Source: a virus. From it: a DNA stretch of 64,000 nucleotides. The position numbers and the translations under genes were made by a program. Shown piece after piece: positions 28,629 through 38,927 of the stretch (positions within the stretch are counted from its first letter, which is position 1; every line of letters starts with the position of its first letter). Where the stretch lies: IMG/VR virus record IMGVR_UViG_3300005676_000004; one strand, 5' to 3'. A model generated the notes under the pieces. That model was given only the letters and a program-made list of their open reading frames with translations. It did no database searches and was not told where the DNA came from.

Positions 28629-28828
28629 GTGCTCCTCCGTATGAACAATTCAAAAAACCGCGCAGCTCTTCCACACATGGTTTCGTCGTTTCTCATTTGA
28701 TTCGGAGACTTCGCAAACCTTTGGTTATGCCAACCTTTAAGTGTAATGCTAGGTGCATTGGACTCGTGATCACAAACGTGCACGTGATTAAAGTCACTGA
28801 AGTATTTACAGTCGGTGCAGTATTTCAT
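28625..28828 (-). CDS. Cys-rich CxxC..CG family protein
   Basis: MKYCTDCKYF..CDHE..CGRAARFFE. Confidence 0.65.
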   Translation of the reverse strand: MKYCTDCKYFSDFNHVHVCDHESNAPSITLKGWHNQRFAKSPNQMRNDETMCGRAARFFELFIRRST

Positions 28829-29094
28829 TGAGGATGTCTAAAGCTCATGGTGGATTTGTAACCATTTTGTTTCGTAAGGTTTATAAACGTTTCAAACGAA
28901 TCAAACGCAATAAAGTCAACTGTCTTAGCATGGAAAGACCATTCAAACTTAGGATAGTCGTCATCTTTCACGCTAACGAAGTCTTGATTAACAACCCAAT
29001 ATGTATTACCTTTGAAAAATATTGGGTCTAGCCGTTTTGTGAATATCATTACGCCGTAATCATCTACTTTCGGCGTGGTCTTGTCAATTTTCAT
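28825..29094 (-). CDS. Hypothetical protein
   Basis: ATGA-coupled. Confidence 0.55.
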   Translation of the reverse strand: MKIDKTTPKVDDYGVMIFTKRLDPIFFKGNTYWVVNQDFVSVKDDDYPKFEWSFHAKTVDFIAFDSFETFINLTKQNGYKSTMSFRHPQ

Positions 29095-29097
29095 TGC

Positions 29098-30900
29098 TCA
29101 GCTCTTCTTGAAGTTAGGATAGTGTATAACGGGTGATGGGCCGTCCATAGGTTTAAGGGATTGTACTGGTAATTTCATGAAAGAAGTGAGATACGCTCCC
29201 ACATATTTCATAACATCCGCAGAATTAAATGACAAGTCATCGTCTTCGGTAATCCGGTCATAATATCCTACGATGTATTCATCAACCCGGTTTCTGACTT
29301 CATCAAATGGGTGTCTGCGTTGAAGTTGTCCATTAAGAAAAACGGGTTGTAATATATTTTCTTTAGAATCAAATTGTTCTTTATCCATGTTTACCGTAGT
29401 ATACGTCATGACGTCTTCTATATTTTCACGGCCTTCATACTCAGAAGGTTCTTGAGCTACCAATCCAACTCTACCACGGAATGAACGTTTACCTGGGTCG
29501 GTTATTGGGTCTTTCCAGATGTCAACTACCTCACCATCAATATGAACTTCAGTGGCTTTGATTGCAAATCCCAACGTGTCACGCGAATGATAACGAAGCA
29601 GTCCACCCACACCAACGACAAGATTTTGTACTGAATAACCCATCTGTTGCATCGTGTGTAAGATGTCACGGTATCGCTGGAGATACATACCATCTCCGTA
29701 GATTAGACCAACCTTTGGGTTCAGCACCTTATACCCTCGCTCGTTGTACGTCGACCCGAACAACTCATCAAGTAGACGAAGTAAACCCTTCTCCTCGTTT
29801 GTCGGTTCATATGATACGGCAATCTTTTTCCCATCTTGAATTTTGACGAGATAATACTCTGAGTCAAATGTAGAATACAATATATCCCCATCTTCATAAT
29901 TTTTGAGGTGTTTATCCTGGTATTCTTCCGTCGTATATTTAAAATGATGATTAATAGATTGAATGCAGCCGCATAAAACATACTTCGGATCACCACTGTC
30001 TGGACGGAAAACTACCTTACCGTCGCGAGACACAATGTCATCATAAAGTTGTTTAGCAATACTCGTTACAACGTTGTACACGTCATACGTGTCGCTAACG
30101 ATAGATACGATTCCCGTTGGATACGTCGCAAGCATGTGACGAAACGCGTTGATCTCATCTTCCCTACCGTAGGAACACATTACAGAATGCTCAGACGCTG
30201 GGACTGACGACATGAAATTTTCTTTCGGGTTAGACGGAAGAAAATAGTCATTTATAAATTTCTTTGCAACGATAGTGTCTGAACCAGTAAATGACAGCAA
30301 GTGTGCCGCCCCTGAAATCATAGCACTCTCTTCACTAGTATCGCCACGATAACCGAAGTCATGGACAGCATACAACTTCAACCAGTGTGAGGTAGCATCA
30401 ACCGACTTATTGTAGAATTCTTCAACAGTCATCCTGTAATGAAGACAACATGTTGCCACCGTCGTGGGATACCATACTTTCAATAGCAACGATTCGACAA
30501 ACCCGACGCACCAATGAAAGCCATCAATTGTGTTCTCAATAGTCATCAATACGTTACCATTGTCAACGACAGTTCCTTCTGGCACTGCACGAATATCTAG
30601 TGGCCAATGTCCTAGTTCAATGAGAGAGTTGATCTTTTGCTTAACGTCATCGCTCGGTTCTATACCAAGAACATCTCGATATGTTTCAAAGAACTCATCA
30701 GCCATCCACTGCTCAAGTGGAATACTAAGATACTTTTCAATAATGTATTGTAGCCCAAAGAACACTGCTACGCGAAATGTTTTCTTACTTCTCGCGACGA
30801 GATGAGAGAATACACGTTGTGTTCCTGGTTTATATTGAACCATGTGACCGAGCTTATAGACGTCGGTAAGCAACAAAGGATTTATGGTATTTGTTTTCAT
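29098..30900 (-). CDS. nadV: Nicotinamide phosphoribosyltransferase-family protein (NAMPT/Namat-like)
   Basis: LLTDVYKLGH, HDFGYRG, PASEHSVMC, VSDTYD, RPDSGDP, IYGDG, FAIKAT, KDPITDPGK. Confidence 0.95.
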   Translation of the reverse strand: MKTNTINPLLLTDVYKLGHMVQYKPGTQRVFSHLVARSKKTFRVAVFFGLQYIIEKYLSIPLEQWMADEFFETYRDVLGIEPSDDVKQKINSLIELGHWPLDIRAVPEGTVVDNGNVLMTIENTIDGFHWCVGFVESLLLKVWYPTTVATCCLHYRMTVEEFYNKSVDATSHWLKLYAVHDFGYRGDTSEESAMISGAAHLLSFTGSDTIVAKKFINDYFLPSNPKENFMSSVPASEHSVMCSYGREDEINAFRHMLATYPTGIVSIVSDTYDVYNVVTSIAKQLYDDIVSRDGKVVFRPDSGDPKYVLCGCIQSINHHFKYTTEEYQDKHLKNYEDGDILYSTFDSEYYLVKIQDGKKIAVSYEPTNEEKGLLRLLDELFGSTYNERGYKVLNPKVGLIYGDGMYLQRYRDILHTMQQMGYSVQNLVVGVGGLLRYHSRDTLGFAIKATEVHIDGEVVDIWKDPITDPGKRSFRGRVGLVAQEPSEYEGRENIEDVMTYTTVNMDKEQFDSKENILQPVFLNGQLQRRHPFDEVRNRVDEYIVGYYDRITEDDDLSFNSADVMKYVGAYLTSFMKLPVQSLKPMDGPSPVIHYPNFKKS

Positions 30901-32000
30901 CGTAGTAGAAGGTCCTTCGCAGTAATGAATGGTGTGTAGTTGTACCGATTAGTTAAAGCTAGACGGTTGTTGAAGTTTACCATGCTATAGACTTTGTCAA
31001 AGCATTGCGGGATACCGTTTTCATCTCGTTTCAGTAGAGGGTCGAGCGCATTAAACGAGAAGATACCGTGAGTTACAATTAGTCCTAGACGTTTTGGGGT
31101 TGAGTTCTGACGAATTGATTGTCCTAACGAAATGAACGTTCTACCGCCATCACAGATGTCGTCAACGACGACGACAAATTTGTCGTTCAACGGGCTGTAG
31201 TCATGAATGTATTGACTAATCCCTTCAGATGTTCTATGCTTTATTGCCGTGACGATAGTTTGGATACCAAACGTTTCTGCGAATTTATGTGCTCGTTTTT
31301 CTGCACCAGCATCGGGTGCAACGACAGCAACCTCTGAGAACGGAACTGTCTGATAAACAAAGTTATAGTACGAGTTACGCCAGAACATGGCTAACGCTTC
31401 GTCTAAGATAACGCAACGATTAAGTAGAGCTGATGAAACATACGAGTGCGGATCAATCACAAACACGTTCTTCAAGTCTAGGCTATTAATGATGTCTGCA
31501 AAGACTTTACTAGCAAGTGACTCTCCGAAGTGAACAACACGATCTTGACGTGCATAGGGAATGTACGGCATAACCAACGAAATGTCGTCAATGCCGAGAT
31601 TGCGAATAATGTCAACTACATTACAAATCTCAAGAATATGATCAGAGTGAGTTACGTGAGTCCAAAGAATGACTTTATCACATGACGTCTGAATATATTC
31701 CGCATCTTCTTGATTTAACTTGACCTTTACCTCACCACCAGAGTACTTGTCAACAACTGGGCTGATGACATTTCGCATTGAGTTGTCATATCTGTAGATG
31801 GTATCAAAGATTCCTTCTACATTAACTTGCAATGCTTTATTGTTGTTGGGTGTATTTTTCACATAACATAAGTGTGCCAGATCAATGTGCGCCGTACGAA
31901 GGAGGTCGCTAGCTACAGATGGAGGGGCAGTAATATTTTTTTCGTTGTTTACGTATACTTCCATGGTGTTAATCCTAATTGGTTTCTGTTCAATCATCAC
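30897..32000 (-). CDS. prs: Ribose-phosphate pyrophosphokinase-family protein (PRS/Adps-like)
   Basis: MPYIPYARQDR, IDPHS, APDAGA, VVVDDICDGGRTF, VTHGIFS; ATGA-coupled to the NAMPT-like gene. Confidence 0.93.
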   Translation of the reverse strand: MMIEQKPIRINTMEVYVNNEKNITAPPSVASDLLRTAHIDLAHLCYVKNTPNNNKALQVNVEGIFDTIYRYDNSMRNVISPVVDKYSGGEVKVKLNQEDAEYIQTSCDKVILWTHVTHSDHILEICNVVDIIRNLGIDDISLVMPYIPYARQDRVVHFGESLASKVFADIINSLDLKNVFVIDPHSYVSSALLNRCVILDEALAMFWRNSYYNFVYQTVPFSEVAVVAPDAGAEKRAHKFAETFGIQTIVTAIKHRTSEGISQYIHDYSPLNDKFVVVVDDICDGGRTFISLGQSIRQNSTPKRLGLIVTHGIFSFNALDPLLKRDENGIPQCFDKVYSMVNFNNRLALTNRYNYTPFITAKDLLLR

Positions 32001-32565
32001 TCATTCTATTGAACAAGTTACTGTGCTCACTGTTTGGTGTCGTGCTCATTCGTAACTTGAGCATCTTGGTAATGAAGAACATCAAGACTTCTTTGTTAGT
32101 TAATACCGGGTCATAGGGTAGAACTGAGTCTCTATACCACGGTATAGAAGTCGTGTCACGTCTATTGATGATAGATTCTCTAACCCTATCTGAAATGTCA
32201 GAACGTTTGAGTTGATCTAACATTCCGATTCGTAGAGTAATATCCCGCATATTGCTACCGACGTTTACAATCTCATTGACGCGATCTCTAAAGTCTATCA
32301 GGCATGTTTCGTTATGTTCGCCTTCTACTGGAGAAAATAATGAAACTCCTGCTAATTCATTACTATCCCCTATGATGTCATATCCTGGAAATTTTTTCCT
32401 GAAGTGTTTGATTCTGTCGAGTACTACTCGTGTAGCCGTAAACAACACTATACCAGGATAAGCTAGTATCTCCTCTAGCTGTTGCATCTCCTCTTTCCAG
32501 AGGATGTAATCTCTACGGCTAGAATTGTCTTGAGGTAGTTGCATAGTTGACATAGTTATTAACAT
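31990..32565 (-). CDS. Hypothetical protein
   Basis: Overlaps both neighbours, same strand. Confidence 0.55.
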   Translation of the reverse strand: MLITMSTMQLPQDNSSRRDYILWKEEMQQLEEILAYPGIVLFTATRVVLDRIKHFRKKFPGYDIIGDSNELAGVSLFSPVEGEHNETCLIDFRDRVNEIVNVGSNMRDITLRIGMLDQLKRSDISDRVRESIINRRDTTSIPWYRDSVLPYDPVLTNKEVLMFFITKMLKLRMSTTPNSEHSNLFNRMSDD

Positions 32566-33034
32566 TGAGCCGATTTATTAATACATCACGAACCAGACGC
32601 TGAGACACTGGTGAGGATTTAGAGGAGACGCCATATTTCTGTGCGAGTTTACGATGCACGATCTTCACTAGACGTTCTATATCGCTTCTAATGGCTGTGA
32701 ACTGCCCATACACATCTTCATTATCCGCAATCTTTATATCTAATCCCCATGGTGTGCCCCAAGAATCAGTGACGTCGTACTCAAAAAAATAAAGCATTCG
32801 ATCTACAAAATCTTTCTTCGTAAACGAGCCAATATTATCAATCATGTCACCAATGTCCATGCGAACTTTTGTCACTACGTGTATATAGCTGTTATTAAAT
32901 TTCTTGATCTTCTTCTCTAGCTCCCTCATCTCTGGCAGAGATTTAAGAATATCGTTAGCGAATCTGACGTAGGTGTCAGATACCATTTCCAAATCAATTT
33001 CTTTTGAGGTTTTTGAGGTCGTTGCTGTGCCCAC
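32519..33034 (-). CDS. Hypothetical protein (possible distant relative of the 38924/39378/39841 family)
   Basis: GGAG RBS with GTG start; similar helical C-terminus. Confidence 0.6.
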   Translation of the reverse strand: MGTATTSKTSKEIDLEMVSDTYVRFANDILKSLPEMRELEKKIKKFNNSYIHVVTKVRMDIGDMIDNIGSFTKKDFVDRMLYFFEYDVTDSWGTPWGLDIKIADNEDVYGQFTAIRSDIERLVKIVHRKLAQKYGVSSKSSPVSQRLVRDVLINRLNVNNYVNYATTSRQF

Positions 33035-33409
33035 GTGATTGCTCCGTTAGTTTATGAAAAGAAGGTAGCCCAAATACAGAAATGCAACGCAGACACCAAC
33101 TAAGGTGACCACAAATGCGGTAAGCAATATACAGATAAAGATGAACCTAGACAAAGGTATTTTTACGCAATCGCCATTGTCATTGCGAATTTTAACAGTT
33201 ATCATATTGCTACCAAAGGTTTGTGTTATGATTGTGGGCTGAGGTCATCCGTTGTCTGTTGGGTCGTCATCATCGTCGGGGTCAAGGTAATTGACAATTT
33301 TTTGTATCCAGTTCTGCTCGTACATTTCACGCAAAATGTCTTGTAGTAGTGCTCGTTGTGCATCTGGTTGTTTAGTATCGTCCGAGGTTGGTGTAACTTC
33401 GTCGTTCAT

Positions 33410-33787
33410 TTAGCACCCATTAAATTCGATACCTGGAATCCAGTCGTTATATGACCCATCTCCACGAGTGTATCGACCACCCGAACTGTACGGAGGACTA
33501 TCATACCAGTGAGGTCTTCTAAAGTTTTCTGGCGGGAGTATTATATCGTCTTCCGATATATCATTTTGCTCACTACGTGGGATCGGACGGAGAGTGATGA
33601 CAATTGAATTAGACCACGTGTTTACATCCGGACCACTGACACCGACAACTTCCATACCATCTGGTATATCAACTGTTACCGAACGACTAGGTTCAGCTAC
33701 TTTGAATTGATCATTTTTCAATTCATTTGGTTCTACTTGTTTCATGATAATTGTTTTTCTTTCAGGAAACTCTTCAAAATCGTTCAA
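33410..33787 (-). CDS. Hypothetical protein with V.VDIP.G module
   Basis: SVTVDIPDGMEV shared with C-terminal modules of the GNCF family. Confidence 0.6.
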   Translation of the reverse strand: MNDFEEFPERKTIIMKQVEPNELKNDQFKVAEPSRSVTVDIPDGMEVVGVSGPDVNTWSNSIVITLRPIPRSEQNDISEDDIILPPENFRRPHWYDSPPYSSGGRYTRGDGSYNDWIPGIEFNGC

Positions 33788-33790
33788 TGT

Positions 33791-34132
33791 TTAATATCCG
33801 TCGATGCCATTATATGGAGTACCTTCATTGTCACGACGATTTTTTTCTTGAACTGTTGCTATTCGCTCAATGGCTTTACAATTTTTCTCCAAAAGGTCTA
33901 CTATTCGTTCAAGTGTTGTGTGAATCGCTGATAGATCGCTTAACTCGAAGGATGTTGCGGTTGTATCTACTCTGTCATCCCCTACCTCACACGCTTTCAG
34001 TGATGGGTAGCAGTTACCAAGTTTATAATCTTCTTGAGATATACCACTTCCAGTATACTTACTGAGTTCAGGAAGTCCACCAAGATTCATACGCCAATAA
34101 ATTTCACCGAGTTTTGGTTTCCAAGTGTCCAT
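33791..34132 (-). CDS. WKP..Y..GNCY family protein
   Basis: TWKPKLGEIYW..YKLGNCY. Confidence 0.65.
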   Translation of the reverse strand: MDTWKPKLGEIYWRMNLGGLPELSKYTGSGISQEDYKLGNCYPSLKACEVGDDRVDTTATSFELSDLSAIHTTLERIVDLLEKNCKAIERIATVQEKNRRDNEGTPYNGIDGY

Positions 34133-34180
34133 GGTAGTTTCCGTATTATGATTGTTAGAGTTAATTAACAAGTTGTTGTG

Positions 34181-34630
34181 TCAAGCTGAAGGCCAAAGTC
34201 CACTCTTAATGTTCTCGTGAGCCTTTTTAAGTTCATCATGTACAGAATGATTATACCGAGGATCAGACTGAATTGGTGGTGTACTACAACACTTTACTAT
34301 GATAGATGGTAAGTCTATGGTGCTCATCATGTCCCGTATTTCTTCTCGGTCTTCCAAAGCGTTAATAGATGCGTAGTAGTTAGATTCATTTTCCCTGTAA
34401 ACTGAAATGTCAACGGTTTCCCGAGAAGACCACGGATTTTTGACTAGTGACTTATCTGTGTAGTATGTCATCTCAATGGTTATCATTGAAAACTTTTCCA
34501 CAAGAAGTCTGATAAGCTCAGCAAAGTACGCCAAGTTAATCTTCTCAACTTGTTTCGGTGTTAACTCCGTAGCTCCTAACAAGGAGTACGAGTTTGTAAC
34601 ACATTCAAGTTTAATTTTGGTTGCTTTCAT
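34181..34630 (-). CDS. MKATKI family protein
   Basis: MKATKIKL..INLAY. Confidence 0.7.
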   Translation of the reverse strand: MKATKIKLECVTNSYSLLGATELTPKQVEKINLAYFAELIRLLVEKFSMITIEMTYYTDKSLVKNPWSSRETVDISVYRENESNYYASINALEDREEIRDMMSTIDLPSIIVKCCSTPPIQSDPRYNHSVHDELKKAHENIKSGLWPSA

Positions 34631-34839
34631 GATTGTTTTCTTTCAATAAGCTCTTTGAAACTTCTCAGTGTTGGGGGTAGACCACGTGCAACGAGTAATG
34701 CTCTGATGCTACGACTTGAAACTTTTCTGTCCAAAAGCCAGTCCGGATATACCTCTTCATTTGGCGTTTTAGCTGCCTTTGGATGGCTAGTGTTAGCATT
34801 CGTGTCTTGGTTATTATTCTTTGCTTTACATGCTTTCAT
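34627..34839 (-). CDS. Small basic protein
   Basis: ATGA-coupled on both sides. Confidence 0.55.
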   Translation of the reverse strand: MKACKAKNNNQDTNANTSHPKAAKTPNEEVYPDWLLDRKVSSRSIRALLVARGLPPTLRSFKELIERKQS

Positions 34840-35240
34840 GATTGTTCTTCCTCTTCGGACTGCTTTCGTTTGTAGAATATTGTCGCTGTGCGCGGTGAAT
34901 GTTCAGCGATGATGTTATACGTATCTACGTTAACTCGGATCGCCTCTTGAATGTCGGTGAAGTCATGTTGAGCATCCAAAGTCTTCCAGTAGTCTGGGTT
35001 AAGCTCGTCAGACGTTTTGAAGTCAAGTACTCTCAAAATTGAAGGTGACTTGAATGGATCACGCGGCGCGTACTCCACTTCAACGGTTAACGTGTGAAAC
35101 TTTTTCCGTAACACCTTGACACACTGAGCCACATATGCTAAGTTTATGTCTTCAATTTGTTCTTGAGTTAGACCAGAGTCGCGACCTACCAAATCTGTTG
35201 ATGATGGGCGCGTCGTAATCTTGATTTTCGTTGCTTTCAT
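34836..35240 (-). CDS. MKATKI family protein
   Basis: MKATKIKI..LVGRDSGLT..INLAY. Confidence 0.7.
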   Translation of the reverse strand: MKATKIKITTRPSSTDLVGRDSGLTQEQIEDINLAYVAQCVKVLRKKFHTLTVEVEYAPRDPFKSPSILRVLDFKTSDELNPDYWKTLDAQHDFTDIQEAIRVNVDTYNIIAEHSPRTATIFYKRKQSEEEEQS

Positions 35241-35350
35241 GGCTATCACCTCAGAATTAATCAGCGGGGAAAGTGTCTGTTTGGTTGATGTCTGTACGTC
35301 TCTCGTAGGAAAAGGTTTCACTTGTCATTCACCACGGCAACCAAGCGAAA

Positions 35351-35947
35351 TTAAAGTTGCGACTGATCGTATTGAGTCAGCCATAAAATTCGGTCAACGA
35401 CAAATGCTCGTACGTCTTCATACCGCAACGTTGCGGTGCATCGTCCAAGCTCTTGAAGTAAGGCTGTTACTACCTCCTCGGTGATACGGTTAATATCAGC
35501 GTTTAAGCACACGTCTAGATGCCACACATCTTTTCTAAAACGTATGAGCGTCTCTTCGCTATGCGAAGGTATACTAGAAACTCCGTGTCCATTATACGGA
35601 CTACCTAACTCATGTGTGTACCATTCAAACGGCCCACCTTCAACAACGTCGTTTATTTTTGGAAACTTCTGTAAGAAGTCACGAACTAGCGACGACAATT
35701 GTATTAGTCGAGGACCGAAGTGTGAAGATTTATCCATTGAGATAATACGCTTCAGTGCCTTCAGTTCTTGTTGGAAAAGAAATGAAAAAACGTCATCATC
35801 CGAGCCATTGACTCGTTCGGATGATGGTTTCTGTTCGGTTGGTGTGGTTTCGTGCTGCATCGTTTCAACGTACGTAATGTCATGGAGAAATTTGTACTCT
35901 TGTTGGAAAGATTTCATAAGTAAGTCAAAGTAAGATTCTCCTATCAT
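35351..35947 (-). CDS. Hypothetical protein
   Basis: ATGA-coupled. Confidence 0.6.
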   Translation of the reverse strand: MIGESYFDLLMKSFQQEYKFLHDITYVETMQHETTPTEQKPSSERVNGSDDDVFSFLFQQELKALKRIISMDKSSHFGPRLIQLSSLVRDFLQKFPKINDVVEGGPFEWYTHELGSPYNGHGVSSIPSHSEETLIRFRKDVWHLDVCLNADINRITEEVVTALLQELGRCTATLRYEDVRAFVVDRILWLTQYDQSQL

Positions 35948-36306
35948 GACAGCTTTGGCTTCGGTTGTTCGCGAAGAAATGATTTGATAATCGAGTTTAC
36001 ATCCACTGATGTGATAATGTAGTTGATCTTTGCGAGGTCTTCCTCGCGTTCACGACTCGGTCGATAATCATGGTAGTGGTGGTCGTCGTAACAGGCCGCC
36101 TCTGCAACTGGACCATCGGAGTATCCAGACGAATAGCATTCGGTTTTCACACGCTCAACACCCATACGCTCACGTATGGCGGTTGCACATTCCTCCGTAT
36201 ATACGCGGTTGATGTCTCGTATCACATCGCGTGATAAACTAGAATCGCGACCTACGAGTGCTAACGAGTCAAGATCGGTTAGCAAGTTTATGCGGGTTGC
36301 CTTCAT
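35944..36306 (-). CDS. MKAT(K/R)I family protein
   Basis: MKATRINL..LVGRDSSLS..INRVY; GGAG RBS. Confidence 0.7.
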   Translation of the reverse strand: MKATRINLLTDLDSLALVGRDSSLSRDVIRDINRVYTEECATAIRERMGVERVKTECYSSGYSDGPVAEAACYDDHHYHDYRPSREREEDLAKINYIITSVDVNSIIKSFLREQPKPKLS

Positions 36307-36400
36307 CGTCGTTCTCCGTGGTGGTTGTTGGTGCGTTGAACGTTGCAAATATACACACCATGTGCGCAAAGTGCAATAAAAAGTTTCAACAACATATAAA

Positions 36401-36787
36401 TTACGTATTCCTACGTAATACATACTCTTCAAGGTTAGGGAACGTGAGACCAAAATCATTTGCAATAGCACGGAACTTTGCCTCCCATTCGTGTGGAAGA
36501 AACTTGCCGTGTACTACTTGGACATACAGAAACAAATCGGGATTTAAATGCATAACAGACCTCACATGTCCTGAATTGATGATTTTGGTTGATGACTTCC
36601 CTTCTAGTAATGCATAATACTCTTCATCGGGAATTAACACACCAAACGAACACTTCAAGCCACCGTCTCCACGGTATGCGCATCTCTCATAAGTGCTACC
36701 ATCATAACGGAGTACGTTAGTTGTACTTCGTTTTCCTTGCTTAAGAGTATGTCGTACGGCCTTGTTGAATGCTTGCTGATCTGTCAT
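36401..36787 (-). CDS. Q.AF.KAV.H..Q...CAYRG..KC..G.LIP family protein
   Basis: QQAFNKAVRHTLKQGKRS..CAYRGDGGLKCSFGVLIPDEEY. Confidence 0.75.
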   Translation of the reverse strand: MTDQQAFNKAVRHTLKQGKRSTTNVLRYDGSTYERCAYRGDGGLKCSFGVLIPDEEYYALLEGKSSTKIINSGHVRSVMHLNPDLFLYVQVVHGKFLPHEWEAKFRAIANDFGLTFPNLEEYVLRRNT

Positions 36788-37146
36788 GACACGTCCTCCC
36801 CTCCAAGAACAGAAAGCGCAAACTCACGAGCCGCTCGATAAATCTTTCCATCCTGAGACCGGACAATATCATATAAAATACCTCGTTTCTCTATTAATTC
36901 ATCATCGTTCGTACCTTCAAATGCAGACAGAACGAACGCAACACCTCCGTTCTCAAAACCCGACGTTCTAGTATAGATAACGCGGATTTGATGTTCTGGA
37001 TACCTTTGTTTGATATCGTTGGCAATGTAGTTTGTGAATCTACGATTTACAATTTCTAACTCTTTACCATTACCACTCCAATACTCGCCGACAATACTGG
37101 TGGAAGCGAGGTCTGTCTTGAGAAGAATTTCTTTCTTTACAGTCAT
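36784..37146 (-). CDS. Hypothetical protein (distant MKATKI-like)
   Basis: S.VG..IVNRRF..RYP..IRV. Confidence 0.55.
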   Translation of the reverse strand: MTVKKEILLKTDLASTSIVGEYWSGNGKELEIVNRRFTNYIANDIKQRYPEHQIRVIYTRTSGFENGGVAFVLSAFEGTNDDELIEKRGILYDIVRSQDGKIYRAAREFALSVLGGEDVS

Positions 37147-37180
37147 GATCGTTCTCTAAAAATGTTTGTTAGTTGTTGTT

Positions 37181-37816
37181 TCAATACGAGTTCACCCACT
37201 CAAACACTTCCTGAAACTCTTCCACGGTGAGTAATTTCCGCAGATTGTTGTAATTGGTTCGTGTTTCACTGATAGTCTGTGCTATTGAAACAATTGCGTC
37301 AACGGGGTCCATATATTCACGCTCACGTTCCTTTAACTTGTTAACAACAAACCACTCTATTGATTCACCAGACTCAAAAAAGTATTGATAATCTGTGATT
37401 ATACTCGCAATCACTGCTTCTTTGGCATCTTTGGGTGGACTAGCGAGAGCTTTATCGATGCGTTTCTTCACATCAAACCCTCCACTAATGTCACCGTAGA
37501 CAAGTTTAACGAAGTCCTTTCCTGTGCGGTCGTCATGATCAACGAGGATTATCTTGTTAACAAGTTTATCGGGACCAAGGTTGAAGTGCCCGATGCCCCA
37601 TGCGTACTCAACTACAAAGGAGCGAATATCGTTGGAGTTTCTAGGTGTGCTGAATGTAAACTTGTACCGAATGCCTCTCCACCCAGGGACACGGAATTGC
37701 TTCCCTGTCTGCCAGTTCTTGTCCACTCGCGTGTCCCCTACAAGCCAACCTGAACCAAGGAGTTCTAATTTGATTTGATCAAGGCAATCTGGTACTTTTA
37801 CTTTAGTGGTTTCCAT
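37181..37816 (-). CDS. Hypothetical protein
   Basis: 211-aa ORF, AAGGA RBS. Confidence 0.65.
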   Translation of the reverse strand: METTKVKVPDCLDQIKLELLGSGWLVGDTRVDKNWQTGKQFRVPGWRGIRYKFTFSTPRNSNDIRSFVVEYAWGIGHFNLGPDKLVNKIILVDHDDRTGKDFVKLVYGDISGGFDVKKRIDKALASPPKDAKEAVIASIITDYQYFFESGESIEWFVVNKLKEREREYMDPVDAIVSIAQTISETRTNYNNLRKLLTVEEFQEVFEWVNSY

Positions 37817-37874
37817 GGTAAATTTCCTTTTTGTCGTCGGTTACGTGTGTAGATACGATGGTAGTGTCAAACGG

Positions 37875-38336
37875 TTACACGTCTTCTTTATTGCCGTTCT
37901 CGGCATATTGTTGTGGAATTCCGTGAGCCAAAATTACCGCCTTGAAGTCATCAAACGTTGACGCCATTTCGTATGCATACCGTGATGTATACTTATGCGG
38001 TGGTGAGTTATATTCACGTTGTACAAATCTACTCACAATTGCGTCTTGAGCATCGAATGAATACTTACTCCAAAATGATGAAGATGTGTTTAGGAAGTCA
38101 ATACTGTTCATTGTGGACTGTACCCACCACCACGCATATGACAACAAAATATCAAGCTGATCCTCCCAATCCTTAGTCGCATTGATAGTTTGTATCATAT
38201 CTTCATAAAAGTGCGGTCGCTTTCCATCAAGCTCAGTCTCAAATTTTCCAAGAAGAAATAAGTTTAGTAACTTGTTCTCTTCTTGCTTAGCAAAGTAAAC
38301 TCTGCGATCGTTCAGAATGTTGATGGATGTGTCCAT
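37875..38336 (-). CDS. Hypothetical protein
   Basis: 153-aa ORF with AC-rich leader. Confidence 0.6.
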   Translation of the reverse strand: MDTSINILNDRRVYFAKQEENKLLNLFLLGKFETELDGKRPHFYEDMIQTINATKDWEDQLDILLSYAWWWVQSTMNSIDFLNTSSSFWSKYSFDAQDAIVSRFVQREYNSPPHKYTSRYAYEMASTFDDFKAVILAHGIPQQYAENGNKEDV

Positions 38337-38365
38337 GAGCTGTCTCTATGTGGTGGTTGAACACT

Positions 38366-38665
38366 CTATTTGATCGGACGAAAATATACCGATAAACATG
38401 ATAGTCCTGCTACTTTGTCTTCGTCTTCCTCAAAGGAATCAAAGACCATATCAGGTGGTACATCTATGACGATAGATCGTTCACTTACTATGCGTTTGAA
38501 CATATCGCGAAATTCAAAGGCACCTTGGAACGTTAAGAAGAAGTTACCAATTTCTAGCCGCCTGCGCTCTGGAGTAGTATCACACCACCTATCGTCCAAT
38601 ATTTCACCGTACTCCGTAATATAGAAATATTGAGTACCGAGCGATAGATTATCGATTATATTCAT
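38366..38665 (-). CDS. Y..W..GNFF family protein
   Basis: GTQYFYI..W..IGNFFLT..VIDVP. Confidence 0.65.
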   Translation of the reverse strand: MNIIDNLSLGTQYFYITEYGEILDDRWCDTTPERRRLEIGNFFLTFQGAFEFRDMFKRIVSERSIVIDVPPDMVFDSFEEDEDKVAGLSCLSVYFRPIK

Positions 38666-38669
38666 GATG

Positions 38670-38927
38670 TTAGTTAAGTTTGGTGAACGTTAATGTTTGG
38701 AATTTGCCAAGAAACTTTCTCGTAGAGAGATCAACCACTTTGGAGAATTTTATTCCAAATTGATCCGTACCTGGATATACAGCCACCATCGCCATATTCC
38801 AACATACGCCATGATCAGCCGAAATTGAACGCATTACGTCTAGGACTGTATCGTCCGAGCTGTCAACGATATACGCACAGTTGTCATCTGGAAACATTAA
38901 AGCGTACTTCATAGTTGTTGTGCTCAT
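38670..38927 (-). CDS. Hypothetical protein (K.TGEFLG-like C-terminus, resembles 48923)
   Basis: ATGA-coupled; STRKFLGKF versus TTGEFLGTI. Confidence 0.55.
   Translation of the reverse strand: MSTTTMKYALMFPDDNCAYIVDSSDDTVLDVMRSISADHGVCWNMAMVAVYPGTDQFGIKFSKVVDLSTRKFLGKFQTLTFTKLN

Noticed and set aside
29800-30000. Intein in the NAMPT-like protein
   Set aside because: The insertion is only about 50 aa and lacks C/S start and HN end splice motifs
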